Part shown: piece by piece, positions 10,606 through 20,454 of the stretch
Layout of the letters: each line of letters starts with the position of its first letter
Numbering within the stretch: the first letter of the stretch is position 1
Assembly (NCBI GenBank): GCA_958296175.1
Contig: OY282448.1
Span: forward strand, 2,230,127-2,294,126
Direction of reading: 5' to 3'
DNA length: 64,000 bases
From: an uncultured Chloroflexota bacterium
GTDB lineage: Bacteria > Chloroflexota > UBA11872
Program-made: the position numbers and the translations under genes
Notes under the pieces: generated by a model
The model's database searches: none
Seen by the model: the letters and a program-made list of their open reading frames with translations, nothing else
Told to the model about the DNA's origin: nothing

Positions 10606-13509
10606 CTACGGGAGGCGCCTGACCGCACGCGGATCTTCGTAAGGAGCATACGCCGCCTCGCCGTCTGCGGAGACCTCGATGCGCAGCACCGGGAGGTAGG
10701 CCGTGTCGCTCCGGGCCTCGGCGCTCGGCTCGCGCCGCAGACGCATTGCCAGCACCCAGACGCCCGGCCCGGGGATCTGGCCGGACGATGCCGCGTCGAC
10801 GAACGTCCCCTGGTCATCGCGCGCGGCAAGCCGGGACGTGCGCGCGTCGAAGTCAAACGTCTGGGGTGCTGGCGCCTCGTCGGGCGGAAAATGACCGGCG
10901 AACCACACCACGTAAATCGGCGTGCGATTGTGCGGGGGGACGGTCCGTGGAAGCGCCCGCGGCGAATCGTCCACGGCCACGACCAGCCAATCCTGTCCAT
11001 CCCAGTGCGTGGCCGTGTCCAGCAGCGTGGCCGTAAACACGGCGCGCCCATCCAGGGTGTGCGCGTCGGACACCCGCACGCTGGCGGCGATGGGCGGCGC
11101 GTCAGGCGGCATGATTGGCGCCACGGCGCCGCGCGGCGCGATGACGGCAAGCTCGTCGTTCCACCAGACTGGCTGGCGGCTGTCCGGCGGAAACATCCAG
11201 GGCAGCAACGGCAGCGGCGCCGCGACGAGGTCGGGCTCGACGCCGCCCAGCGGTTCGATCTGGAAGGGCCGCCGCAGATGCGCCACGCTCGAATCGAGCT
11301 GGCCGACCAGGCGCGCGTGGTCCAGCGACGCGGCGATGCGCACCATGGCCTTCGACTCGAACGGCGCAGGCAGCCAGACGACGGCGGACGCCGGCACGGA
11401 CTGCCGCAGCGCCTCGTACGAGGCGGGCGCTGGCGGCGCATCGATCTGCAGGAACGCCGGGCGCACGCGGTAGAGCGCGTCGGCGCCGTCGCGAACCAGA
11501 AGGTCGAAGTAGCGCGGATTCTCCAGCCGCCGCCGTGCCTGAGCCGGAAGCTCGGCCGCCCAGACGTCCGTGGCATGCACGTAGTCGACCTCCAGCCGGC
11601 GGACGGCGGTCGGATCGAGGAAGCCCGCGGCATCTCGATACGCGGCGCCAGTCATTCTGCCCAGGTGAAATCGTCCGGCAAGCCCAGACACGTTCGGTCG
11701 CCCCGTGGCAAACGTCATCCGATGGGGACTCGGTGAGAGGACTCTCGCGTCGACGGCCGTGCGGTCGCGGATGAATGCGGCGACGTCCGAGCGCGCCAGA
11801 GATCCGACCTGCTGCCGACTGATTGCGTGGATCCTGATCCCCGGCTGCTCCGCTGACGCATTGGAAACCTGCACGCCGTGCCCGACGGACAGCCCGAGAT
11901 TGCGAACCGGCGCCGCCGCGGTTGGCCAGATGACGAGGGCAACCACCACCGCGCCGGCCGCGTAGCGCCAGCGCGGCCGCAGGTCGTGCAGCCGGGCGCT
12001 GAGTGCAACCATCAACGCCAGCACCGCGAAGGTGCGTGCGTGCCCGTCGAATCTGACCAAATCGTGCGACGCCGAGCCGTAGCGGACCGTGAGGACGGCC
12101 AGCAGGAACAGCGCGCTGCCGGCCGCCAGCGCCAGCGCCAGGCGGTCGCGCCGGGCCAGCAGCGCCGCGGCGGCGGCCACGACGACGGGGCCCAGACCCA
12201 GCACGCCCACGCCGCCCGGCTGCGGGTCGAACGTTCCGACCAGCCGCCGATTGCCGGGATCCGCAGGCGCGCCCACGGACAAGCCCGACGCGGCCCCCTC
12301 GGTGAGCATGCCGGTGAGCGTGGAGGTGAAGACGCCCCCGCCCGCGGCAAGCAGGAGGACGGCAAGCGCCGGCCCGGCGGCGGCATGCGCCGCCGGGCGC
12401 AGGCGCCGCGGCATCGCCGCTCGGGTCGACCAAAGCGCCGCGGCCTCGAGCGCCGCCCATAGCGCCAGCACGATAGGCGCAACGGTTTCGTCGGCGAGCC
12501 CCAGGAACCCGACCAGCGCCGCCAACGTCACGGCGGCCGGCCAGCCCCCAGGCCGATTCGCTGCGGCAACGCCGCCGCCGACCACCCGCGCACCGCGCCT
12601 GGTCCCCGGTAGGCCGGCCGCCGCCCGCTCCAACACCACGAGCGCCAGCGCATAGGCCAGCACGAAGAACGGTTTGAACAGATTGGGCGGCGACGGGCCG
12701 TAGCCGTTCATCCCGCGAAATTCCCAGCTCCACGGCGGTTCGGTGGGCCAGTAGATGTCGAGCAGCGACGCGCGCAGGCCGGCGGACGGCACGCCGGCCG
12801 GGACGGGAACGTCCACCACGTGCGCTGGCGTGTAGACCACCAGCGTCCAGGCGCCCGCCGACAGCAGCAGCGGCACGGTGACCAGCACGGCGCCCCAGAA
12901 CGCGCGCGTCCACAGCGCCGTTGCCACGGTCAGCGCCAGGCTCACCCAGATATAGGCGCTCAGCAGCTCCATGGCGAACGCCAGGTCGGGGCCGACCGGC
13001 GGCGCCAACGCGCCCAGCAGCAGATCGGTGCCGTAGTGGTAATTGGCCGGCGCGCCAGGGCTGTAGGGCAGCTCCGGCGGGAACCCGCCCTCGCGAATCG
13101 CAGCGGCCAGCCCCAGGTGGAGGTGCGCGTCCGGCGTGTGCAACTGCTGCCGGGCCGCCAGGGCGACCCAGAAAAGCGCCAGGGCGGCGACGAAGAACCC
13201 GGCCGCAACGCGCGGCTGTGGCAGGAGGCGCGTGCGGCTGCGCCGCGCGCGCCAGGCAAGCGCGGCGGCAAGCGCCAGCATGACGACCCACCCCACGGCG
13301 GCGCCGGCGCGGCCGGGAACTGCGTACATGACGAAGTTGACCAGCAGCCCCCACAGCGCCGGCCCCACCACCAACCCCTGCGCCAGCGCCATGGCGTCGT
13401 CGTCCTGACGCAGGGCCGTGCGCACGATGACGAACCCGACCGCCGCCAGCGCGCAAAGCTCCGCCGCCAGCAGCAGCAGGCCGGGAAGGACGGTTGGGTC
13501 GACGGTCAT
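10606..13509 (-). CDS. Large polytopic membrane protein with C-terminal extracytoplasmic domains (possible GT-C-type transferase)
   Basis: Many hydrophobic segments; loop motif TPDAHLHLGLAAAIREGGFPPELPYSPGAPANYHYGTDLL; soluble beta-rich C-terminus. Start taken at MTVDPTV by comparison with the paralog. Confidence 0.75.
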   Translation of the reverse strand: MTVDPTVLPGLLLLAAELCALAAVGFVIVRTALRQDDDAMALAQGLVVGPALWGLLVNFVMYAVPGRAGAAVGWVVMLALAAALAWRARRSRTRLLPQPRVAAGFFVAALALFWVALAARQQLHTPDAHLHLGLAAAIREGGFPPELPYSPGAPANYHYGTDLLLGALAPPVGPDLAFAMELLSAYIWVSLALTVATALWTRAFWGAVLVTVPLLLSAGAWTLVVYTPAHVVDVPVPAGVPSAGLRASLLDIYWPTEPPWSWEFRGMNGYGPSPPNLFKPFFVLAYALALVVLERAAAGLPGTRRGARVVGGGVAAANRPGGWPAAVTLAALVGFLGLADETVAPIVLALWAALEAAALWSTRAAMPRRLRPAAHAAAGPALAVLLLAAGGGVFTSTLTGMLTEGAASGLSVGAPADPGNRRLVGTFDPQPGGVGVLGLGPVVVAAAAALLARRDRLALALAAGSALFLLAVLTVRYGSASHDLVRFDGHARTFAVLALMVALSARLHDLRPRWRYAAGAVVVALVIWPTAAAPVRNLGLSVGHGVQVSNASAEQPGIRIHAISRQQVGSLARSDVAAFIRDRTAVDARVLSPSPHRMTFATGRPNVSGLAGRFHLGRMTGAAYRDAAGFLDPTAVRRLEVDYVHATDVWAAELPAQARRRLENPRYFDLLVRDGADALYRVRPAFLQIDAPPAPASYEALRQSVPASAVVWLPAPFESKAMVRIAASLDHARLVGQLDSSVAHLRRPFQIEPLGGVEPDLVAAPLPLLPWMFPPDSRQPVWWNDELAVIAPRGAVAPIMPPDAPPIAASVRVSDAHTLDGRAVFTATLLDTATHWDGQDWLVVAVDDSPRALPRTVPPHNRTPIYVVWFAGHFPPDEAPAPQTFDFDARTSRLAARDDQGTFVDAASSGQIPGPGVWVLAMRLRREPSAEARSDTAYLPVLRIEVSADGEAAYAPYEDPRAVRRLP

Positions 13510-13701
13510 TGGCGCGCCTGCGGCGGACACTCACACGATGCTGTCGAGCGGGCGCCGCCCGTCGGCAGGTCGATTGGGTCGGGCGCTCGCCGTCGACCAG
13601 AGCCTGCAACGACGGTCAGACGTCCGTGAAACCGACAATCGTGCGTCCTGCCGTTCCGCGCGCCGAGGCGTCGGCGACTGGTAAGAGCTTTCCACGACGG
13701 C

Positions 13702-14157
13702 CTACCGCCGTTGGGCCAAGCGCTCGGTGTCCGCCTGGCGCAGCGGGCGGTGGGCGTCCAGTGTCACGGTGTCGCTGTGGTCGGGCGGGTAAGGCGGGCT
13801 GGTGATGAAGAGCGCGCGGGCCGGAGCGCCGCCGGCGGCTGTCAGTTGCAGCGTGTGTCCCGGCGGGGTGACCACGGATTCACCCGCGGCCGCCGTGCAT
13901 GCGCGCACCGCGCCCAGGTCGGCGTCATAGGTTGCGGCGCGGATGCGGCCGGCCAGCACGTAGGTCACCTGCTCCAGCGTCAGGTGCGCGTGCACGCCGT
14001 AGATGCGCCCGGGTTCGAGGCTGCCCTCGGCCAGCGCCAGATGCGCGCAGGGGCTGACGTCGATCGGACGCACCACAATCCCATCCTGCGCCGTCACGGG
14101 CGGCCCCGGCGTTCGCGTCCCAACGTGCGCACCGACGGCATCCGTGGTTTCGGTCAA
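13702..14157 (-). CDS. Cupin domain protein
   Basis: YGVHAHLTLEQVTYVLAGRI and GESVVTPPGHT cupin motifs. TTG start overlaps the upstream stop (TTGA). Confidence 0.75.
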   Translation of the reverse strand: MTETTDAVGAHVGTRTPGPPVTAQDGIVVRPIDVSPCAHLALAEGSLEPGRIYGVHAHLTLEQVTYVLAGRIRAATYDADLGAVRACTAAAGESVVTPPGHTLQLTAAGGAPARALFITSPPYPPDHSDTVTLDAHRPLRQADTERLAQRR

Positions 14158-16013
14158 GGCGTCGGGTCGACTGGCCGCGGGCGGTGGAGGTCCGCTGGGG
14201 TTCCGGTCGATAACGGTCCCCCGAACGCGTCGATGACTTCGTCCGAGTCACGGCCTGGGATTGGTTTTCCCATGGCGTCCTCTATGGCGTCCAGCAGCTT
14301 GACCGCGCGGTCGCGGATGAAGCCGCCAAAGTCGTTGCGGCGCAGCAGCTCGGGTTCGATCCAGTGTGTTGCGAGCACCTCGTCCAGGCGATCTCTGCTG
14401 ATGTTCCCGGTGTTCACCAGCCTGTCGAGATATTGACTCGGAGCGCTGCCGCCGAGCATTCGATTGGTCTCGCTGGTGAGCGGCGCTTTGTTCACCACGC
14501 TATTGGAGGTCGAATAATCCACGCCATTATTCGAACACCAAGCCCGCGGGAAAATGTGATGGATGTCGACAGGCAATGAGAACCCCATGGTGTGCGCAAT
14601 CGGATTCGCATTCTTGAAGTCGTGGCTCCCCTGCTTTACCATGAGGGAAAAGAGGCCCTTGTATGCGGCGCTGTTTCGAGTACTGAGGCCAAGCAGCCGC
14701 GTAGGAGCAAAATTCGCGTCGCGAATAGTACGCGGCTCTTCGTTGCCCTCGGTCCACCCAACGACATCCTGGATGTCCATCGTGTAACGAGTTTCGTTGG
14801 CGCCGCCGTACATCTCGCCCAGTACGCCGCACCAGTACCAGCGGGCGAGCTTCGCGAGGACGTCGTGTGCGTCGAGCTGCTTGTCGAGATAGGCGCAAAT
14901 CGCCGCCAAGGGCACGAGCTGAGTTCCGTACGGCAGGTTTCGCCGGTCGAAGACCCTCTCACGGGTCAGCAACTGCGCGGCGCGTTGAAAACCGTGCTCG
15001 ACGGACGAGGCGTTGTCCTTATACTCATCGAGCGTCAGCCGCAGCACGTCGCGGCGCCGGACGCTGACCGCGCTCGTACTTCCCGGCGCGCGGCTGCGCT
15101 TGTAGCTGGCAAGCAGCGTAACCGCCTGCAAGAAGTCGGTGCTGCTCACTCCGCGCAGCACGTTCTGCTCTGCAATCCGCTCACGCCGTTCTGCCCAGTC
15201 GTCCCGCAGGCGGAAGTTGTCAGCGGCGAAGCTGGCCGTCACGAGCTCGAAGACCGACAAGGTGACGCCGCCCGTGTTCACCTTTTCGAATACCTGGCAG
15301 ACGGCCTCTTTGGGAGTTTCCCTCTTTAACTCAATGACTGGAACTTTGTATTTATTAATCGGAAGCCAGATTTTCGCAAGAAACTGGTCGATGAACTCGA
15401 CTTTTCCAGGATTGAACTTGAAGTACTCTTTGTATCCAGAGTTCCATTGAAAAGCCTCGACAGCGTTGAAGATCATCTCCAGCGGGTACAGTCCACGCTC
15501 ATACTCACGCTCGCGCGTTGTTACGTCGAGTACCACCGTGCGCCCAAAATCGGCCGTGCGCACCTTCGATTCAGGAAGCGAGAGAACCGCTTCTTCCCGG
15601 TCCAGGTCGGGGTCGAGGCATTTGGCCATGTCCAGATAATAATACAGTTTGGTTTCCTGGCCTCGCGTCGTTCGCGTGGGGACAGGGCGGCCGCTCATGA
15701 GCGCGAGAAAAAGCGAGGTCAGCCGCTGTTGGCCGTCGAGAACCAGGCCGTTGGGCGAAGTGAGAGAGTCGAGGTGGACGCCTGCGAACGGCCGCGGCAA
15801 GAAACTGCCGCTCTCCCCGCCAGTTTCCAGCACCATCACGGCGCCGATCGGGTAGGAGAGCGTGACACTGGCGATCAGCGAACGAATGTGCGCATCGTCC
15901 CAGATCCAACTGCGCTGAAAATCGGGCAGCTGGATGGCGCCTTTGCCGATGTCACTCAGGAGTTCCGAGAGCAGCGGCTCGTTTGTCTGGAACGTTCCCG
16001 AGGAGAATGCCAT
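14154..16013 (-). CDS. GmrSD-family (DUF262 + HNH-like) modification-dependent restriction endonuclease
   Basis: LPDFQRSWIW, LDGQQRLTSL and VFEKVNTGG (DUF262/GmrS); DIHHIFP..NSVVNKAPL..N (HNH-like C-terminus). GC lower than flanks. Confidence 0.88.
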   Translation of the reverse strand: MAFSSGTFQTNEPLLSELLSDIGKGAIQLPDFQRSWIWDDAHIRSLIASVTLSYPIGAVMVLETGGESGSFLPRPFAGVHLDSLTSPNGLVLDGQQRLTSLFLALMSGRPVPTRTTRGQETKLYYYLDMAKCLDPDLDREEAVLSLPESKVRTADFGRTVVLDVTTREREYERGLYPLEMIFNAVEAFQWNSGYKEYFKFNPGKVEFIDQFLAKIWLPINKYKVPVIELKRETPKEAVCQVFEKVNTGGVTLSVFELVTASFAADNFRLRDDWAERRERIAEQNVLRGVSSTDFLQAVTLLASYKRSRAPGSTSAVSVRRRDVLRLTLDEYKDNASSVEHGFQRAAQLLTRERVFDRRNLPYGTQLVPLAAICAYLDKQLDAHDVLAKLARWYWCGVLGEMYGGANETRYTMDIQDVVGWTEGNEEPRTIRDANFAPTRLLGLSTRNSAAYKGLFSLMVKQGSHDFKNANPIAHTMGFSLPVDIHHIFPRAWCSNNGVDYSTSNSVVNKAPLTSETNRMLGGSAPSQYLDRLVNTGNISRDRLDEVLATHWIEPELLRRNDFGGFIRDRAVKLLDAIEDAMGKPIPGRDSDEVIDAFGGPLSTGTPADLHRPRPVDPTP

Positions 16014-16136
16014 TGTGTCCGTCCGTTTCCTTTTTACAAGCCACTCGATTGCGGCGCGTGAACTCCTGGCGCGGCGCGCGCCAACCGGCGCGCACCGAGG
16101 CCAGCATGATGACCCAGACTCCAGAATCTTCTGCGG

Positions 16137-16907
16137 CTAGTGCGCCCCTTCCGCCACGGGCACGCCGTGCAGCAGGCCGGCCTGGTGCATCTTTTCCCAG
16201 CGTTCCAGGAAGGTGGCGTTCCACTCGTCGGTGAGCGGGCTGTGCAGCATGTCGCGGAAGACTTCCCAGAAGACGATGATGCCGTCCGCGCCGGCCTGCA
16301 GGGCCGCGTTGGCCACGTCCACCGAGCGCACCAGCGCCGCGGTCACGTAGGGCCGCTGTTCCCAACCCTCCAGCATGTCCACGCACTCGCGCACGTGCCA
16401 CACCGGGTCCACGCCCACGGCTTTGTAGGGTTCGCAGAAGGGCAGGATGTGGGTGGCGCCGGCCTGCGCAACCACCGCCGCCTGCGTCAGGTTGAACGTG
16501 GTGGTGCAAAACGTCTCCACGCCCTCGGCGGCCAGCGCGGCGAAGGCCTCCAGTCCCTGCGCGGCGCAGGGAATCTTGATGACGATCTGCTCCGACATGG
16601 CGGTGAACACGTGCGCCACGTCCAGCAGCTCGGCCGTGGTGTGCCCGTCGATCTCCACCACCACCGGCTTGTCCGTGATGTCCAGATAGCGCCGCACCAC
16701 CTCGGTCAGCTGCCCGTACTTCTGGGTCATGTCGTCCAGCACCACGGTGTTGGTGACGATGCCGTAGCCGCCGCGGGGCAGCCAGACTTTCAGGTCTTCC
16801 GGGTCGCCCGCCAGCCAGATGGCCGGCCCCCGCTCGGTGAGCCGCGCACGGGTCACGGGACCCGCCTCGGCGTCGACGCCGTTTGCCGTAATCGCCATGC
16901 CTGCCAT
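16137..16907 (-). CDS. Transaldolase / fructose-6-phosphate aldolase family protein
   Basis: GIVTNT, VVVEI, IVIKIP (Schiff-base Lys), TTTFNLTQA, ILPF, FLERW. Confidence 0.85.
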   Translation of the reverse strand: MAGMAITANGVDAEAGPVTRARLTERGPAIWLAGDPEDLKVWLPRGGYGIVTNTVVLDDMTQKYGQLTEVVRRYLDITDKPVVVEIDGHTTAELLDVAHVFTAMSEQIVIKIPCAAQGLEAFAALAAEGVETFCTTTFNLTQAAVVAQAGATHILPFCEPYKAVGVDPVWHVRECVDMLEGWEQRPYVTAALVRSVDVANAALQAGADGIIVFWEVFRDMLHSPLTDEWNATFLERWEKMHQAGLLHGVPVAEGAH

Positions 16908-17320
16908 CAGAGCCGCTCCCCGTCAACCAGCTGCAACCCCACGCCCAGCGTGGCGTCGGTGTCCAAGAACGTGATGCGCCAGTCCGACGAGCTGACGATC
17001 GGCGCGGTGCCCGCAATGCCCAGCTCCTCGCCGAGCGTGCGCAGCGTGGCGTCGAAGTCGTCGTCCCGAAACGCCACGTGGTGCACGCTGGGCCCGTGCT
17101 CCTTCAGGTGCGCGGCAAACGCGCTGACCTCGTCGTTGGTGGGGCAGATGATTTCCAGGTAGCTGCCCGTCTGGCCGATCTGCAGCGCCGCGTAGGCGTT
17201 GCCCTCGGCCTCCGACTCCCAGATTTTCGCGGCCGTCATGCCCAGCTTGTCGCGAAACAGGGCCAGCGCCGCCTCGCGGTCGGGCACGACGTAGGCGATG
17301 TGATGAACCGCGTCGAACAT
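16907..17320 (-). CDS. VOC family protein (methylmalonyl-CoA epimerase-like)
   Basis: AGGAGG RBS; MFDAVHHIAYVVPD, YLEIICP, HGPSVHHVAF, GVGLQLV. Stop directly abuts and overlaps the transaldolase ATG. Confidence 0.85.
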   Translation of the reverse strand: MFDAVHHIAYVVPDREAALALFRDKLGMTAAKIWESEAEGNAYAALQIGQTGSYLEIICPTNDEVSAFAAHLKEHGPSVHHVAFRDDDFDATLRTLGEELGIAGTAPIVSSSDWRITFLDTDATLGVGLQLVDGERL

Positions 17321-17551
17321 GGCTCCTCCTTCTGCCGTTCCGCCAATCCGCCGAACGGCGCGACCCTCGACCTGGAACCGCGCCGCCCGCCGTCCGGGCA
17401 GGCCGCGGCCCGCGGACGCACCCGACCCCTTCGGACGAAGACCGCCCGCGCCGTGTGCTACCGTTCCCCGCGGCACAGCACAGCGGGCGCACCGGATCGT
17501 CTCGGGCCGAGGCGCTGCGTCCGCCGTATGGTTGCACACGGAAGGTGGCCG

Positions 17552-18052
17552 ATGCGGATCCGCCGCGCTGCGTGGTGGTGCGCAGCCCTGCTGCTGGCGG
17601 CGGTGCTCGTCATGGGCGCGTCCTGCGAGCCGGCGCCCCCGCTGCCTGACACCACGGCCAGCGCCGTTATGGCCTACCTGGCCGACGTCGATTACCAGCA
17701 GTCCTGGGAACTCTGGCCCGAGCTGGGCGAGCTGTACGAGAGCGAAGAGCCTCACGGCTTGCTGCTGACCACCTATCTCAACCGCGCCGCCTCCGAGGCC
17801 CTGGCTGACAAAGCGGGCGTCATGCCCGACGGCGCAATCATCGTGAAGGAGAACTACACCGCCGCCGGCGTTTTCGATTCCACCACCGTCATGTACAAGC
17901 GGGCGGGATACAACCCGGACCACAACGACTGGTTCTGGGCCAAAGTCGCCGCCGACGGCGCGGTGCTGAAGGAAGGCCGTGTGGAGGGCTGCCAGAACTG
18001 CCACGGCGACGCCAGCGGCAACGACTACGTGATGACGGACTACCTGCGCTAA
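17552..18052 (+). CDS. Cytochrome P460-family c-type cytochrome, lipoprotein
   Basis: Lipobox-like VMGASC; EEPHG..LTTYLN, MPDGAIIVKENY, VMYKRAGYNPDHNDWFWA; single C-terminal CQNCH heme motif followed by NDYV. Confidence 0.85.
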   Translation: MRIRRAAWWCAALLLAAVLVMGASCEPAPPLPDTTASAVMAYLADVDYQQSWELWPELGELYESEEPHGLLLTTYLNRAASEALADKAGVMPDGAIIVKENYTAAGVFDSTTVMYKRAGYNPDHNDWFWAKVAADGAVLKEGRVEGCQNCHGDASGNDYVMTDYLR

Positions 18053-18275
18053 CCGAACCCGCCCGCGCTCCCACCCGCCGCGCCCCGCGTTCCGAAGCGC
18101 CTTTGGCCTCTCTCGTCAGCGGTCTGAGAAAACGCCGCGGGCGGCAGGGCTGCGGGGTGTCTGTCGAGCAGGCGGGCTTGTCCACGCGGAAACCGCCGCG
18201 GGCGGGCCGCGGATGGCCGACACCGTTTGCACAGATGGCCGACATGAAACCGGCGCGGCCGGCCGGGCCGCGGCC

Positions 18276-19400
18276 CTACTCGATGAAGGTTCGCCAGGCG
18301 TAGGCTGGCTCCGGCCCGCCCGGCTCGTCCTCCAGCGCGCTGAGGTTCAGGTCGCCGAACCCCAGGCCGGGTTCGTCGCTGAGATACATGTAGCCGTCCT
18401 GCACCTCCAGCGCCTCGCCTGCCACCTGGCAGCGCAGGTCGGCTTCCGGGAAGGCGGTTTCCAGCACCCAGAAGTTGGGCGCAACCGCCGCCGCCTGCAG
18501 GGCCATCGCCGCCGACACCGGGCCGCCGGAATTGTGCGGCGCCAGCTGGACGGCATACGTCTCGGCGGCGGCCGCAATCTTGCGCACCTCCGTGATGCCG
18601 CCCGCGTGGGTCAGGTCCGGCTGAACGAACGCCGCCCCCTGCCCCTCCAGCAGCTCGCGGAAGTCCTGGCGGCTGAACAGCTTCTCGCCGCAGGCAATCG
18701 GCACGGCCATGCGCGGCGCAAGCGCACACGTGGCCTTCACGTTCTCGGCTGGAATCGGTTCCTCCATCCAAACCGGGTCGAACGGCGCCAGCGCCTGCGC
18801 GGCCTGGATCGCGTGCCGCGGAGTCAGCCGCTCGGCGCACTCGACATAAATCTCGAAGTCAGGCCCGGCCGCGTCCCGAATGCCCTGCAGCATCTCGGCG
18901 GCGAAACGGATGGCCTGCGTCTCGGTGCGGCGGCCGGGCGCGCCAAACGGCGTGACCTTCACGCCGCGGTAGCCCTGCGCCTGCGCGCGCAGCGCGCCGT
19001 CCACGTGGTCGGCCGTCGAGTCCATCCAGCGCGACACCCCGCCCGCGTACACCCGCGCCCGCCGGCGCAGCGGGCCGCCCAGCAGCCGCCAGACGGGAAC
19101 CCCGTGTCGCTTGCCGTGCAGGTCCCACAGCGCGCCGTCGATGGCCGAAATGGCGCTGCTGACGATCGGGCCGCCGCGCCAGCCCGTGCAGAGGTCGCGC
19201 CAGATCAGCTCGATTGCCGACGAGTCGCGCCCCAGCAGCCGCGGCGTGAAGTGCTGAATCGCCCCGGCCACCGCCCGCCCCCGGTCGGAGGTGGACCCCT
19301 CGCCCCAGCCGTGCAGCCCTTCGTCCGTCGACACGCGCACGAACAGCCACTCGCGCCAGCGCACGTACTTCGAAAAAACTTCGATGCCCGTAATCGTCAT
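18276..19400 (-). CDS. Mandelate racemase / muconate lactonizing enzyme family (acid-sugar dehydratase-like)
   Basis: WLFVRVSTDEGLHGWGE, SAIDGALWDLHGK..PVWRLLGG, WMEEP, GEK, QPD, APHN. Confidence 0.92.
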   Translation of the reverse strand: MTITGIEVFSKYVRWREWLFVRVSTDEGLHGWGEGSTSDRGRAVAGAIQHFTPRLLGRDSSAIELIWRDLCTGWRGGPIVSSAISAIDGALWDLHGKRHGVPVWRLLGGPLRRRARVYAGGVSRWMDSTADHVDGALRAQAQGYRGVKVTPFGAPGRRTETQAIRFAAEMLQGIRDAAGPDFEIYVECAERLTPRHAIQAAQALAPFDPVWMEEPIPAENVKATCALAPRMAVPIACGEKLFSRQDFRELLEGQGAAFVQPDLTHAGGITEVRKIAAAAETYAVQLAPHNSGGPVSAAMALQAAAVAPNFWVLETAFPEADLRCQVAGEALEVQDGYMYLSDEPGLGFGDLNLSALEDEPGGPEPAYAWRTFIE

Positions 19401-19470
19401 GCAGCCCTTCCGTCGTTCCGCGCGGCGCGCGCCGCCGGTGCCGTGCGGACCGCGGCGCCGCCGACCGCCG

Positions 19471-20217
19471 TCACGCCGCGGCCGTCCGAAACGGCGACAC
19501 CGCCGGACGCGCCGGCGAGGTGGACGACGGGCAAACGTCGTTCAGCGTGCAGCCGTCGCAGTCCGGCCGCCGCGCGTCGCAGACCCGCCGCCCGTGCCAG
19601 ATGACGGCCGTGCCGGCAAAAATCCAGGCGCCGCGGTCCAGGGTGTCCATCAGGTCGCGTTCGATCGTGACCGGGTCCGCCGCGCGCGTCAGCCCCAGCC
19701 GCTGCGAGAGCCGCTTGACGTGCGTATCCACCACCACGCCGCTGGCCACGCCAAAGGCTTCGCCCAGCACCACGTTGGCGCTCTTGCGCGCCACGCCGCG
19801 CAGGCGCAGCAAGTCCTCCATGCGGCGCGGCACCTCGCCGTCGAACTCGTGCACCAGCTGCGCCGCCGTTTCTCGAATGGCGCGCGCCTTGCTGCGGAAG
19901 AAGCCCGTCGGGTGGATCAGCGCTTCCACTTCCAGCTGCGAGGCCGCCGCCAGCGCCTGCGGCGTGGGAAAGCGCCCGAACAAGGCCGGCGTCACCCGGT
20001 TCACCGTCACGTCGGTGGTCTGCGCCGACAAGATCACCGCAATCAGGAACTGAAACGGCGAGCGGTAGTCGAGTTCCGCCGCCGCGTCCGGATACAGCGC
20101 GCGCAGCCGCCGCACGATCTCCGCCGCCCGCGCGCGCCGCGCCGCTTTCGACTCCCGCCAGCGCCGAACCACCAACGCCGGCCGCCCCGCGCGCCCCCGA
20201 GTCCTCCTCCCAGCCAT
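19471..20217 (-). CDS. nth: Endonuclease III (start codon uncertain)
   Basis: LIAVILSAQTTDVTVN; HhH motif LLRLRGVARKSANVVL; VVDTHV; [4Fe-4S] motif CDARRPDCDGCTLNDVC. Confidence 0.95.
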   Translation of the reverse strand: MAGRRTRGRAGRPALVVRRWRESKAARRARAAEIVRRLRALYPDAAAELDYRSPFQFLIAVILSAQTTDVTVNRVTPALFGRFPTPQALAAASQLEVEALIHPTGFFRSKARAIRETAAQLVHEFDGEVPRRMEDLLRLRGVARKSANVVLGEAFGVASGVVVDTHVKRLSQRLGLTRAADPVTIERDLMDTLDRGAWIFAGTAVIWHGRRVCDARRPDCDGCTLNDVCPSSTSPARPAVSPFRTAAA

Positions 20218-20454
20218 ACCCAGCAGCATATCCACCCCACCGCGCCGGCGGCCACAAGGCCGAAAGACCGGCATAAGCAGTCAGCGGCCAGGGGCCGAGG
20301 GCGCGGGACGTGCGGCAAGCGCCGCGCTTGCCGCTCCCCCGGCCAAGGACGCCGCCGCGGCCGCAGCGCAGGCGGCCCACGGCCAGCCCACGGCCGGCCC
20401 ACGGGCGGCCCCTGCGCCTATAATCCCAGCGGCCGCCGCGCCCGGACGCCCTCC

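Noticed and set aside
19291..20454. N-terminal extension giving a 1445-aa methyltransferase
   Set aside because: It is the antisense of nth plus intergenic sequence, and is Arg/Pro-rich; protein-like sequence starts near the GTG at 20455.
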